A stretch of 36,666 bases of DNA, taken from positions 1 to 36,666 of the forward strand of contig JBBDRK010000080.1 in assembly GCA_040905465.1 (NCBI GenBank), in the 5' to 3' direction. The position numbers and the translations under genes were made by a program. Under the pieces are notes generated by a model. That model made no database searches. It was not told the origin of the DNA and saw only the letters and a list, made by a program, of their open reading frames with translations. This document shows, piece by piece, positions 9,237-18,009 of the stretch. Positions within the stretch are counted from its first letter, which is position 1; each line of letters starts with the position of its first letter. This stretch comes from Trueperaceae bacterium (GTDB lineage: Bacteria > Deinococcota > Deinococci > Deinococcales > Trueperaceae).

Positions 9237-9510
9237 GCTGCCCCGTCCTCCCATTTCGAAGTGTCCTTCGTTTCGGCGTACCCCCGACGGTTAGCCGCTG
9301 ATCGGTCTGCTCATAGCCCTCCTCGCGGGGGTCTTGATGGTCGCCAGTTCCGCGCTTGCCGGAACGGTAACGACGAGACAACTCTCCGCGGGGCGCAGCA
9401 GAACCTGGGTAGAAGGGGGCGGCACTCTCGGACTGGCAGCGTGCCGGGGACGGCCGGGGGCGGTCCGGCAGGTGGGCAAGCACCGGCCATGACGCGGGCG
9501 CCCGGCGCAC

Positions 9511-10398
9511 TCATGCGCTCTCCAACTGGTGCAGCCGCTGCCGAAAGCCGTCCATGCCCTCGGCGGCGTCCTTGCCCAGGAACGACCCTCCCAGGCTCGA
9601 AGCCGAGTCGGGGAAGCGGTTGAAGGCGGCGCCGCCGAAGCCAAGTATCGGAGCGATTCCCTGCAACCGTTCGCGCTCTCGTTCGAGCGCCTCGAGCGAT
9701 TCCAGGCCCGCGGCCGACACCATCACTGCCAAGGGCCGCAGTCGGGCAGACAGGGTAACCAGATCGGCAACCGGGGCGTCGGCACCCAGGAAGTACGCCC
9801 GATAGCCCGACCGTCGCAGCATGACGGCGAGCAGCAGAGGACCCAGCTCGTGCCGGTTGCCGGGAGCGCAAGCCACCAGGACAGCGGGGGCGCTGCGCAA
9901 GGTGGGGGAAACGCCGAGCAGTGACCGCAATCGGCCGTAGACGTACGAGGCGCCGTGCTGGACCAGGGCGGCCTCGACCGCTCCCTGCTGCCACAGCTCG
10001 CCGAGGCGCTCGACCGCGCCGGCCATGACCCGAAAGGCGACCGCGTCGACCGGGTGGATCGAATGGGCCTCGCCCAGAATCCGGTCGGCCGCCTCCTCGT
10101 CGAGGCCGACGAGAGCGGAAACCAGCTCCTGCTGCAGGCCCGGGAGCGAGCGTGGTCCGGCAGGCAGCGGCAGCACGCCGCGAACCAGTTCGGCCGCCCG
10201 AGAAGCGGGAATACCCTCGGCGATGTGCCGCTTCATGGCGTCGATATGGCCGAGGTCCTGGTCGCTGTACAGCCGGTAGCCGGCGTCGGAGCGCTCCGGC
10301 TTGGGGAAGCCGTAACGCCGCTCCCACTGCCGCAAGGTGCTGCCCGGCACCTTCGTCCGCTCCTCGACCTCGTTGACCGTGTACTTGCCCCGACTCAC
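9511..10398 (-). CDS. MerR-family cobalamin-binding regulator, CarH/LitR-like
   Basis: MerR wHTH (LRQWERRYGFPKPERSDAGYRLYS), four-helix bundle, and B12 Rossmann domain (PGNRHELG...FLGADAP...GFGG). GTG start at 10398 inferred. Confidence 0.9.
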   Translation of the reverse strand: MSRGKYTVNEVEERTKVPGSTLRQWERRYGFPKPERSDAGYRLYSDQDLGHIDAMKRHIAEGIPASRAAELVRGVLPLPAGPRSLPGLQQELVSALVGLDEEAADRILGEAHSIHPVDAVAFRVMAGAVERLGELWQQGAVEAALVQHGASYVYGRLRSLLGVSPTLRSAPAVLVACAPGNRHELGPLLLAVMLRRSGYRAYFLGADAPVADLVTLSARLRPLAVMVSAAGLESLEALERERERLQGIAPILGFGGAAFNRFPDSASSLGGSFLGKDAAEGMDGFRQRLHQLESA

Positions 10399-10446
10399 AT
10401 TTCCCCCGCTCGTTCTGCCCCGCTGTTCCAACCGTGCCAAGGTCAC

Positions 10447-10463
10447 TGTACAAGAGTTGTACA
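10447..10463. promoter_or_regulatory. Candidate CarH/LitR operator: two TGTACA at 11-bp period
   Basis: TGTACA at 10447 and 10458. Matches the 11-bp-periodic TnnACA direct repeats known for CarH operators. Lies just downstream of the promoter. Confidence 0.6.
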
Positions 10464-10475
10464 ACCTTCGCGGTG

Positions 10476-10505
10476 ATTATAGGGAGCCAGATCACAACCT
10501 GTCAA
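10476..10505 (-). promoter_or_regulatory. Consensus sigma70 promoter for the carH-like gene
   Basis: Minus strand TTGACA (10505-10500), 18-nt spacer, TATAAT (10481-10476). Confidence 0.8.
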
Positions 10506-10704
10506 CTTTTGCGATTGCCGTGCTAGATTAGATTAATGAGCATTGGATGATAGGACACATGTCCGAAGCCTGAGCTGTACGACATTTCGTTCTCTCATCT
10601 TCGTGCACAGGCTTGGACGGAGCCTATACAGCCCCCGCCCGAATCGGCGGCATCGACCTATCGTCTGCTCTCAGACGCTGGCTACGCGCGGTAGCATCGG
10701 CTGC

Positions 10705-11175
10705 ATGGCAAGTAAGCATGTGATCATCCATACCGACGGATCGTGTGAGACCCAGACCGGCGACGGTGGCTGGGGGTACCTCCTGGCCTTCGGCGACATG
10801 AGGCGGCGGGCCAGCGGGTTCGAGCCCAACACCACCAACAATCGGATGGAGCTCACCGGTGCGGTGCGCGCCCTGGAGGCTCTCTCCGAACCGTGCCGGG
10901 TAACACTGGTTACCGACAGCCAGTACCTGAAAAAGGCCTTTACCGACGGTTGGTTGACCAACTGGCAACGTAACGGCTGGCAGACCTCGGCGAAGCAACC
11001 GGTGAAAAACAAGGACCTGTGGCTACGCCTGCTGGAGCTGACCGGGGTCCACCAGGTCATGTGGGAGTGGACACGAGGGCACGCTGGGCAGAGCGAGAAC
11101 GAGCTGGTAGACGACCTCGCTCTCAGTGCCCGCCGCAGCCGGAAGGGCACCGACGAGACCTACCGCGCCACCTAG
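10705..11175 (+). CDS. rnhA: Ribonuclease HI
   Basis: HTDGSC, TTNNRMEL, TDSQY, VKNKDLW, WTRGHAG..ENELVDDLA. ATG 10705. Confidence 0.96.
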   Translation: MASKHVIIHTDGSCETQTGDGGWGYLLAFGDMRRRASGFEPNTTNNRMELTGAVRALEALSEPCRVTLVTDSQYLKKAFTDGWLTNWQRNGWQTSAKQPVKNKDLWLRLLELTGVHQVMWEWTRGHAGQSENELVDDLALSARRSRKGTDETYRAT

Positions 11176-11232
11176 CCGACAACGCCCATTGGCGCTCGGG
11201 GCTCCGCGGCGCAACGCCGCCCTGCTTCGCAG

Positions 11233-12360
11233 TTAGCCCGCGAGGCGCCGCAGCAAGGCGAGCAGGGCACGAAGGCCGGTGTCGAGCGACGGCCGCTCGA
11301 GCCACTCGCTCATGCGGTGCGCGTCGCCGCCGCGGTACAACCCGAAGGCGATGGCCGGTATTCCCGCGGCCATCGCGATGTTTGCGTCGGTGGAGCTGGC
11401 GGTCGTCCGCGCCTCTGTGCCGACCTCCGCCAGTGCCTCGCGGGCAACCCGAGTAAGCGTCCGGTCCTCAGGCGCCGCCGCCGGTCGGTCGCCGACCTTG
11501 TCGAGGCTCAACTCGACCCGCTTGCGCCTGGCGATGCGCCGCACTCGCGACAGCGCGTCGCGCTCGAGCTCGTCCAGAACCAGAGGATCGACGCTGCGAA
11601 GGTCGAGATTGAAGCCTGCCTCCTGGGCGATCGCATTGATGCCGGTACCGCCCCATACCTGGCCGACATTGTAAGAACAGCGTGCCTGCCGCGACGTTTC
11701 GAGCTCCGACAGCGAGTCGACCATCGCCCCCAACGCGTGCGTGGCGCTGGGCGCCGGAAAGTCTCCCCAGGAGTGGCCCCCCGCCGCCTTCAAGCCGACC
11801 TCGTACCGCCGCGAGCCCACGGCGGCGTCGACGATAGTGCCCAGATGACCGTCCAACGCCACGACGTAGTCGAACTCCGAGCCCAGTTCGGCTATGAGCG
11901 CCCTGGCGCCGCGCAGGTCGCCCAGCCCCTCCTCACCTACCGTGGCGGCCACGGTGAGCCGCGGAAGCCTGACGCTGTCCCAGGTCTCGCGATTGGAGAG
12001 CAGGTAGGCGAGCACCGCCAGGCTTGCGCTGTTGTCACCGACGCCGGGCGCCCGCCAACGATCCCCGTCGACATGCAAGGTGACGTCGACGTCCGCCGAG
12101 AATACGGTGTCGAGGTGCGCGGCCAGCAGAACGCGCGGGCCGCTGCCACCGGAAACTTCGGCAACCACGTTGCCCACGCCGTCAAGCGCCGGCGAGAGGC
12201 CGGCTTCACGCAGCAGCCGCATAACCAGGAGGGCACGTTCGCCCTCCTCGAAAGTAGGGGCGGGTGTTTCACAGATCAAGCGCAGCAGGTCGCCCAGCTC
12301 ATCCCTGCCTGAAACCTGCCCGACGGCGTGCCGCCCGTTCGGCGCGGTCGATCCGCTCAC
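11233..12360 (-). CDS. M20/M25/M40 family metallohydrolase
   Basis: [36 protein letters not shown]. Confidence 0.9.
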   Translation of the reverse strand: MSGSTAPNGRHAVGQVSGRDELGDLLRLICETPAPTFEEGERALLVMRLLREAGLSPALDGVGNVVAEVSGGSGPRVLLAAHLDTVFSADVDVTLHVDGDRWRAPGVGDNSASLAVLAYLLSNRETWDSVRLPRLTVAATVGEEGLGDLRGARALIAELGSEFDYVVALDGHLGTIVDAAVGSRRYEVGLKAAGGHSWGDFPAPSATHALGAMVDSLSELETSRQARCSYNVGQVWGGTGINAIAQEAGFNLDLRSVDPLVLDELERDALSRVRRIARRKRVELSLDKVGDRPAAAPEDRTLTRVAREALAEVGTEARTTASSTDANIAMAAGIPAIAFGLYRGGDAHRMSEWLERPSLDTGLRALLALLRRLAG

Positions 12361-13019
12361 GTGTCGTCCCGGAGGCTGGCGATGCCCTCGCGCAAAGCGT
12401 AGAGGGCCGCCTCCGTGCGATTGTTGAGCCGCAGTTTCGAAAAGATCTCGGAGAGGCGGTTGCGCACGGTCTTCTCGCTCACGTCGAGCGCGTGCGCGAT
12501 CTCCTGATTGGAAGAACCCTTGGCGAGCAGACGCAGGATGTCCGCCTCTCGCTCGGACAGACCGCTGATCTTGTGTTCGGGATGCTCCGGCAGGCTGCGC
12601 ACCTTGTGGAACTCGTCGAGCACCGACGCCGCGAGCTCGGGACTCAGCAACGCCTCACCGTCTGCTACCTTGCGAATCGCCGACACCAGATCGTCCGCTC
12701 CGGAGTCCTTCAGCAGATAGCCGCGTGCACCCGCCTTGATCGCCTCGAACACGTAGCGGTCCTGGCGATACATCGTCAGGATGATGACCCTCGCTTCGGG
12801 CCACTCGTCGAGGATCTCCTTGGTAGCGGCGACCCCGTCGAGTTCCGGCATCTGAATATCCATGAGGATCACGTCCGGCCGAATCTGCAGCGCGTAGCGT
12901 ACCGCCTCGCGCCCCGTGGCCGCTTCTCCGGAAACGCGCAGCCCGTCCTCGGTGTCGAGAATGCTCTTCACGCCCTGGCGGAACATCGCGTGGTCATCGC
13001 ACAGCAGCAGACGTGTCAC
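12357..13019 (-). CDS. NarL/LuxR family response regulator
   Basis: Receiver domain (DDH, MDIQMP, GYLLK) and LuxR HTH (LSERE..SNQEIA..VSEKTV). No cognate kinase in the window. Confidence 0.95.
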   Translation of the reverse strand: MTRLLLCDDHAMFRQGVKSILDTEDGLRVSGEAATGREAVRYALQIRPDVILMDIQMPELDGVAATKEILDEWPEARVIILTMYRQDRYVFEAIKAGARGYLLKDSGADDLVSAIRKVADGEALLSPELAASVLDEFHKVRSLPEHPEHKISGLSEREADILRLLAKGSSNQEIAHALDVSEKTVRNRLSEIFSKLRLNNRTEAALYALREGIASLRDDT

Positions 13020-13118
13020 GACGTCATGCTAGCGTATTCCCCTGTGATAACGTGACCGTGCAGCCGGCGCGCACGCGGCGATGGTCGGGCGCGCGCCGGC
13101 TGCACTGGAGGAAAGATC

Positions 13119-13577
13119 ATGGCGCATCCAAAGGGGCTGCTGATGGAACGGCTCAAGAAGCTGGGCATCGGCAAACCGGAGTTTCGGACCGACAACACCG
13201 GACCCGAGCACCAACCGACGTTTCTGAGTGACATCCTGGTGGACGGCGAGGTCTACGGCACCGGCCAGGGCCCTACCAAGCGCGAGGCGGAACGGTTGGC
13301 GGCCGAAGAGGCCCTGGCCTTTCTGGAACGCAATCCGGTTCAGGGAGTGCCTGCTGCCGGCAACGCCACCGAGACTCTCGACGACGGCGGGTTCGAGGGG
13401 CCGTGGCCGGTATTCGAGCACCTGCTCGCCACCAGCCTCGAGGTGGCGAACGAGCGAACGGATTCAAGGCTGGCCGGTAGCGAGGCCCGGGACGCGGTTC
13501 GCGAGTTCGCGCTCTCTCTCTACAAGGAGTTGCTGCAAGACCTCGGTGACGTGGTCGAGGTCGACGAAGAAGAGTAG
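13119..13577 (+). CDS. Stand-alone double-stranded RNA-binding domain protein
   Basis: HPKGLLME...GPEHQPTF...G.GPTKREAERLAAEEAL is the dsRBD signature. Acidic helical C-terminal part. GGAGG RBS. Confidence 0.8.
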   Translation: MAHPKGLLMERLKKLGIGKPEFRTDNTGPEHQPTFLSDILVDGEVYGTGQGPTKREAERLAAEEALAFLERNPVQGVPAAGNATETLDDGGFEGPWPVFEHLLATSLEVANERTDSRLAGSEARDAVREFALSLYKELLQDLGDVVEVDEEE

Positions 13578-13623
13578 CGGCCCGAAGCGCACCGGCAGGC
13601 GGAGCCGCGCCGCGCCGGCCGAC

Positions 13624-13923
13624 TCACAGGTTGTCGCGCGCCCAACGCTCTATCCGGTTGAGGTCGCTGGTCGCCTTTTCCTTGATCATCATCTCGCGAA
13701 CGCCGGCGGGCGGCTCGAAGTCGCCGGTACCGACGTTGCGGATGATGTCGATCATCTTGGCGCCGAACGCCCGCAGAGGCGTCTCCATCCGGAACTCGGA
13801 CCGTTCGGATGCATTCGGAGCGCTCAACAGCAGCAGGTCGCTATCGAGGGCGTTATCGCACTCCGGGTTTATGCGCACCACTACCTCTCCGTATTCGGTC
13901 CTGACCAGAAAACTGTCGGTCAC
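13624..13923 (-). CDS. Hypothetical protein (99 aa)
   Basis: GTG 13923 after a strong GAGGAGG RBS. Protein-like composition. Fills the gap between genes. Confidence 0.7.
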   Translation of the reverse strand: MTDSFLVRTEYGEVVVRINPECDNALDSDLLLLSAPNASERSEFRMETPLRAFGAKMIDIIRNVGTGDFEPPAGVREMMIKEKATSDLNRIERWARDNL

Positions 13924-14105
13924 GCGTCGATTCCTCCTCATCCTGCCGCTTCCGATTCCGCCGCAGGCGGAGCTACCGGTCCAACCTGACGCTCGATCGG
14001 ACTCGGCACCGCTCTCGCCGCTTCGATACCCGACTATAGTCTCACAGGTGCCGCTGGCGTCGTGGGCGTCCGATTCCACCGCTCTCTTGTGTCACACTTG
14101 TCCGC

Positions 14106-15947
14106 ATGGCCCTGCTCTTTACGAGCCACATCGCACTTACCATCGCCGTCGTCGTGGCGCTCGGCGCCGCGGCGCAATGGATAGCCTGGCGCGCCCGACT
14201 GCCGGCCATCCTGCCGCTGCTGGTCACCGGCTTCATCGTCGGCCCCGTCCTGGGCTGGATTACGCCCGCCGAGTTGGTACCCGCCGGGCTGCTCTACCCC
14301 GCGATCTCGCTGGCAGTGGGATTGATCCTGTTCGAGGGCGGTCTCACGCTACGCATCCCCGAGGTCAAGGAGATCCGTGGAGTGGTCTTCCGGCTGGTCA
14401 CCATAGGGGCACTCGTCACCTTCATCGGGGGTGCGCTGGCCGTCTATGTCCTCACCGACCTGTCGCCGCAACTCTCCTTCCTGTTCGGCGCCCTGATCGT
14501 GGTCACCGGCCCCACCGTAATCGGACCGTTGCTGCGGATCGTCCGACCCGAAGCGCGGGTAGCAAACGTGCTCAAGTGGGAGGGAATCCTTATCGACGCG
14601 ATCGGCGCCATGGTCGCGGTGATGGTGTTCGAGTACGTCCTCATCGACAATCGCAACGAGGCCCTGGGGCAGACGGTCCTGCTGTTCCTGCAGTTCATTC
14701 TGTTCGGAACCGTCACCGGGGTCATCGGTGGCTTCGCCCTGGCATGGCTGCTCAAGCGCCGGGCGGTACCCGACTATTTGGTCAACGTGGTCGCACTGTC
14801 GGGCGTTTTCCTGGTATTCAGCATCGCCAGCGCCATGGGTCCCGAGTCGGGCCTGCTGGCCACCGTCCTGATGGGCGTCATCGTCGGCAACAGCGGCGTG
14901 CCCAACATCACCGACCTGCTTTCGTTCAAAGAGGACCTCACCATCCTCTTCATCAACCTGTTGTTCATCGTGCTGGCGGCCAACATCCAGCTCGAAGCGT
15001 TCCTGGGCGTCCTCAACCTCTCCGGTCTCGTGCTGCTGGCAGTAGTGATGCTGGTGTTGCGGCCGCTCAACATCTTCGTATCCACCTGGCGGTCGCCGCT
15101 GCGGCTGAACGAGAAGCTCTACCTCTCCTGGATCGGCCCTCGCGGCATCGTGGCTGCCTCCGTCAGTTCGCTGTTCGCAGCTCGCCTCGACCGGGCCGGC
15201 TTTGAGGGCGCCCAGACGCTCGTCTCACTGGTATTCCTGGTGATAGTCGGGACCGTGCTGCTGAACAGCCTCACCGCCCGCTACTTCGGCCGGCTGCTGC
15301 GGGTGGCCGACCCCGATCCGCAAGGCTTCCTGATCCTGGGCGCCCACGCGCTGGCGCGCAAGATCGCCGCTTTCCTCAGGGAACAAGGCGTTCCCGTGCT
15401 GATGGCCGACACCAACTGGTCGAATGTGGCGGCCGCGCGCGCCGAAGGTCTCCCCGCCTACTACGGCAGCCTCCTCTCCGACAGGAGCGACGACGAGTTG
15501 CGACTGGGCGGCATCGGCCGGCTGCTGGCGCTAACCTCCAACGACGAGGCGAACGCCCTTACGGCGTTGAAGTACGCCCGTGAGTTCGGTTCCCAGGACG
15601 TCTATCAGCTCGAACCGAGCCGTGAGGCCTCCGAGCGCAACCGGCTGGGCGGCGAGCAGCGCGGCCGGGTCGTCTTCCACCGCGGGGTGGCGTACCGCGA
15701 GTTGGCGCGCCTGGTGGAAGAGGGCGGCGAGCTGCGCAAGACCGAGGTCACGGAGCGCTTCAGCTTCGAGCAGCTCGCCCGCAAGTACGGTAGCGAGGTA
15801 CTGCCCATGTTCCTGCTTAACGGGAAGACCGTTAAGGTACTGGTAAAGGATGGGCCCCTACCGGAACCGGGGACCAGCGTGGTATCGCTGGTCCCCGGTT
15901 CGAGGTCGACGGAAGTCCCGGTTGCCGAGCGGTCGGCTCAGACCTGA
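14106..15947 (+). CDS. CPA1 (NhaP-type) cation/H+ antiporter with C-terminal TrkA-N/RCK-like domain
   Basis: Many TM helices, LFEGGL, VTGPTVI, WEGILID, GPRGIVAAS, followed by a soluble Rossmann-like domain. Confidence 0.92.
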   Translation: MALLFTSHIALTIAVVVALGAAAQWIAWRARLPAILPLLVTGFIVGPVLGWITPAELVPAGLLYPAISLAVGLILFEGGLTLRIPEVKEIRGVVFRLVTIGALVTFIGGALAVYVLTDLSPQLSFLFGALIVVTGPTVIGPLLRIVRPEARVANVLKWEGILIDAIGAMVAVMVFEYVLIDNRNEALGQTVLLFLQFILFGTVTGVIGGFALAWLLKRRAVPDYLVNVVALSGVFLVFSIASAMGPESGLLATVLMGVIVGNSGVPNITDLLSFKEDLTILFINLLFIVLAANIQLEAFLGVLNLSGLVLLAVVMLVLRPLNIFVSTWRSPLRLNEKLYLSWIGPRGIVAASVSSLFAARLDRAGFEGAQTLVSLVFLVIVGTVLLNSLTARYFGRLLRVADPDPQGFLILGAHALARKIAAFLREQGVPVLMADTNWSNVAAARAEGLPAYYGSLLSDRSDDELRLGGIGRLLALTSNDEANALTALKYAREFGSQDVYQLEPSREASERNRLGGEQRGRVVFHRGVAYRELARLVEEGGELRKTEVTERFSFEQLARKYGSEVLPMFLLNGKTVKVLVKDGPLPEPGTSVVSLVPGSRSTEVPVAERSAQT

Positions 15948-15959
15948 GCCGGGCCCAAC

Positions 15960-16661
15960 TCAGTCGCTGGCTTCGTCCAGGTACTGCTGCAGCATCTCGG
16001 TATTGACGGTGATGGGAGCGCGCCGGCGGCGCACCGCGCCGTACTCCAGCAAGCGGGCGAGACAGTGGCTCACCGTCTCCCTGGTGGCCCCGATCATCTT
16101 CGCCAGATCCTGTTGCGTCAGGTTCAGATCTATGACGGTCCCGCGCTCGCCGGCCGCCCCGAAATCCTGCGCCAGGCGCAGCAGGAGGTTGGCCAGTCGC
16201 CCGGGAGCGTCGAACGCTCCCACTTCCGCCTGCCACTGCTGCGCCTGCCACAGCCGCGTCGACATCACCTGGATGAACTTCATGGCGATGGCCGGCTGTT
16301 GCGCGAGCAACTTCTGGAAATCGGTCTCGGGCATGACTATCAGGGTGGTATCCACGACCGCTTCCGCCTGATTGGGACGCCGCTCGGACGGCAACAGCAG
16401 AAGCTCGCCGAAGATGTCGTACTGACCCAGCAAACCCAGGATCATCTCCTTGCCGTTGGGAAAGTACATGGAGATCTTCACCATGCCGTCGCGGATAAAG
16501 TACAGAGCGTCGGCCGGATCCTCCATGTGATAGATGATTTCGCCGGCGCTGAACCGCTTGTAAGGCGTGATGCGCGATAGCTGCTCCAACTCCGTTTCGG
16601 AGAGATCCTCGAACAGCTGCGTGTTCTTGAGATGCCATACCAGGCTTGGATATTCGTGCAT
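15960..16661 (-). CDS. Crp/Fnr family transcriptional regulator
   Basis: cNMP domain (GKEMILGLL..DIFGEL..R) and HTH LTQQDLAKMIGATRETVS. Confidence 0.95.
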   Translation of the reverse strand: MHEYPSLVWHLKNTQLFEDLSETELEQLSRITPYKRFSAGEIIYHMEDPADALYFIRDGMVKISMYFPNGKEMILGLLGQYDIFGELLLLPSERRPNQAEAVVDTTLIVMPETDFQKLLAQQPAIAMKFIQVMSTRLWQAQQWQAEVGAFDAPGRLANLLLRLAQDFGAAGERGTVIDLNLTQQDLAKMIGATRETVSHCLARLLEYGAVRRRRAPITVNTEMLQQYLDEASD

Positions 16662-16779
16662 TTCACCGAGTCTACATGATTAGCGACCTGCAATGGCGTT
16701 CCATGCCCAATTCAAGCCGATGCGGTGCCGGCCTACCGGGCATCCGATGCTTCGGCCGAGCCGTTCAACAGGCGGTCAC

Positions 16780-17271
16780 TCACTGATTCCGGTCGATCTC
16801 CTCGGCCTCGGAGCGGGACTCGGCGATGACGGTTTCGGCCAGCGCGCCGCACTCCTGCCATTCGTCGACACTGCTGTCCTCGCGGAAGGGACGCAGACCG
16901 CCGAGATAGCCCGAGTGAGCGATCATGTAACCCGACAAGGGCGCGGTGAGCAGGAAGAAAGCGGCGATCAGCAGAACGCGTTCGCTGGCGCCGACGGCCG
17001 AGAAGGCCAGCGCGGCGCCGCCGAGAATTCCCAGGCCACCGAGCGTTACCAGCTTGGTGGACGCGTGCAGGCGGGTATAGAAGTCGGGGAAGCGCAACAT
17101 GCCCAACGCCGCGGCCAGGATGAAAACGGCGCCGAACAGGATCAGTCCCTCCGCCAGCACCTGGCCGCGCAACCCCTGCTCGGCGGAACCCTGCACTGGC
17201 TGCTCCTGCCCCAGTGCGACATGGGCAAGCACGAACAGTGCGGCGAGCAGTGCCGCCGGTCGCCGCCTCAC
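16780..17271 (-). CDS. mrpG: Mrp Na+/H+ antiporter subunit G
   Basis: GMLRFPDFYTRLHASTK, FFLLTAP. Last gene of the mrp operon. Confidence 0.92.
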   Translation of the reverse strand: MRRRPAALLAALFVLAHVALGQEQPVQGSAEQGLRGQVLAEGLILFGAVFILAAALGMLRFPDFYTRLHASTKLVTLGGLGILGGAALAFSAVGASERVLLIAAFFLLTAPLSGYMIAHSGYLGGLRPFREDSSVDEWQECGALAETVIAESRSEAEEIDRNQ

Positions 17272-17528
17272 TTCATCACCCGGCCCACCAGCAGGTAGCG
17301 GCTCAGTGCGACGGTCGTGAGGAACCCGAGTATCGAGACGATCAAGGCGGCGTCGAGAAACGAGTCGTAGCCACTGCGCATGGCCACTATCACGATGAGC
17401 AGGGCCGTGTTCACGCCCAGAAAGTCCAGCGCGACGATCCGGTCGCCCCAGGAAGGGCCTCGCAGAACCCGGAAGATGGCAAAGATCATTGCCAGCACGA
17501 TGCAGGCGAGAGCGATGTCGATAACCAT
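17268..17528 (-). CDS. mrpF: Mrp Na+/H+ antiporter subunit F
   Basis: RVLRGPS..DRIVALD; three TM helices. Confidence 0.92.
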   Translation of the reverse strand: MVIDIALACIVLAMIFAIFRVLRGPSWGDRIVALDFLGVNTALLIVIVAMRSGYDSFLDAALIVSILGFLTTVALSRYLLVGRVMK

Positions 17529-17538
17529 TCAGCAGCTC

Positions 17539-18006
17539 CTAGCGCATGAACCCGAGAATCAGGGTTTCGATGCGGATCACCGATGCGCGCGAGCGATCGG
17601 GATCGGCCTCGCCGATAGCGTGGGCGTAGAGGGTCCTCCGGTCGTCAGACGTGCCCATCGCCACTGTGCCGGGCAACAGCGTGATGGTAGCCGAGAGCAG
17701 ACTTATCGCCGCGTTGCTCTCCAGCCGCAACGGCACGGCGATCACGTGCGGATGAAATCGCGGACGGGGCCTGATTGCCAGGAGGGCGATCATCACGCCT
17801 GCCACCAGCAACTCCGCCAGGAACGCCACGAGGAAGCGTCCGACTCGCCACAGCCGGGTCGGAAGCGAGCTGGAGCCTTCGCGCCGCACGGCTACCAGCA
17901 TCAGCATGCCGAGCAGGGCGCCCACCAGCAGGTTGAACGAAGTCAGCTCACCGTAGAGAAACGCCCACAGCAGCGCCACGGCCACGACTACCACGACCTC
18001 ACCCAC
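17539..18006 (-). CDS. mrpE: Mrp Na+/H+ antiporter subunit E
   Basis: ITLLPGT and LYAHA motifs; operon position. Confidence 0.9.
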   Translation of the reverse strand: MGEVVVVVAVALLWAFLYGELTSFNLLVGALLGMLMLVAVRREGSSSLPTRLWRVGRFLVAFLAELLVAGVMIALLAIRPRPRFHPHVIAVPLRLESNAAISLLSATITLLPGTVAMGTSDDRRTLYAHAIGEADPDRSRASVIRIETLILGFMR

Positions 18007-18009
18007 GAC

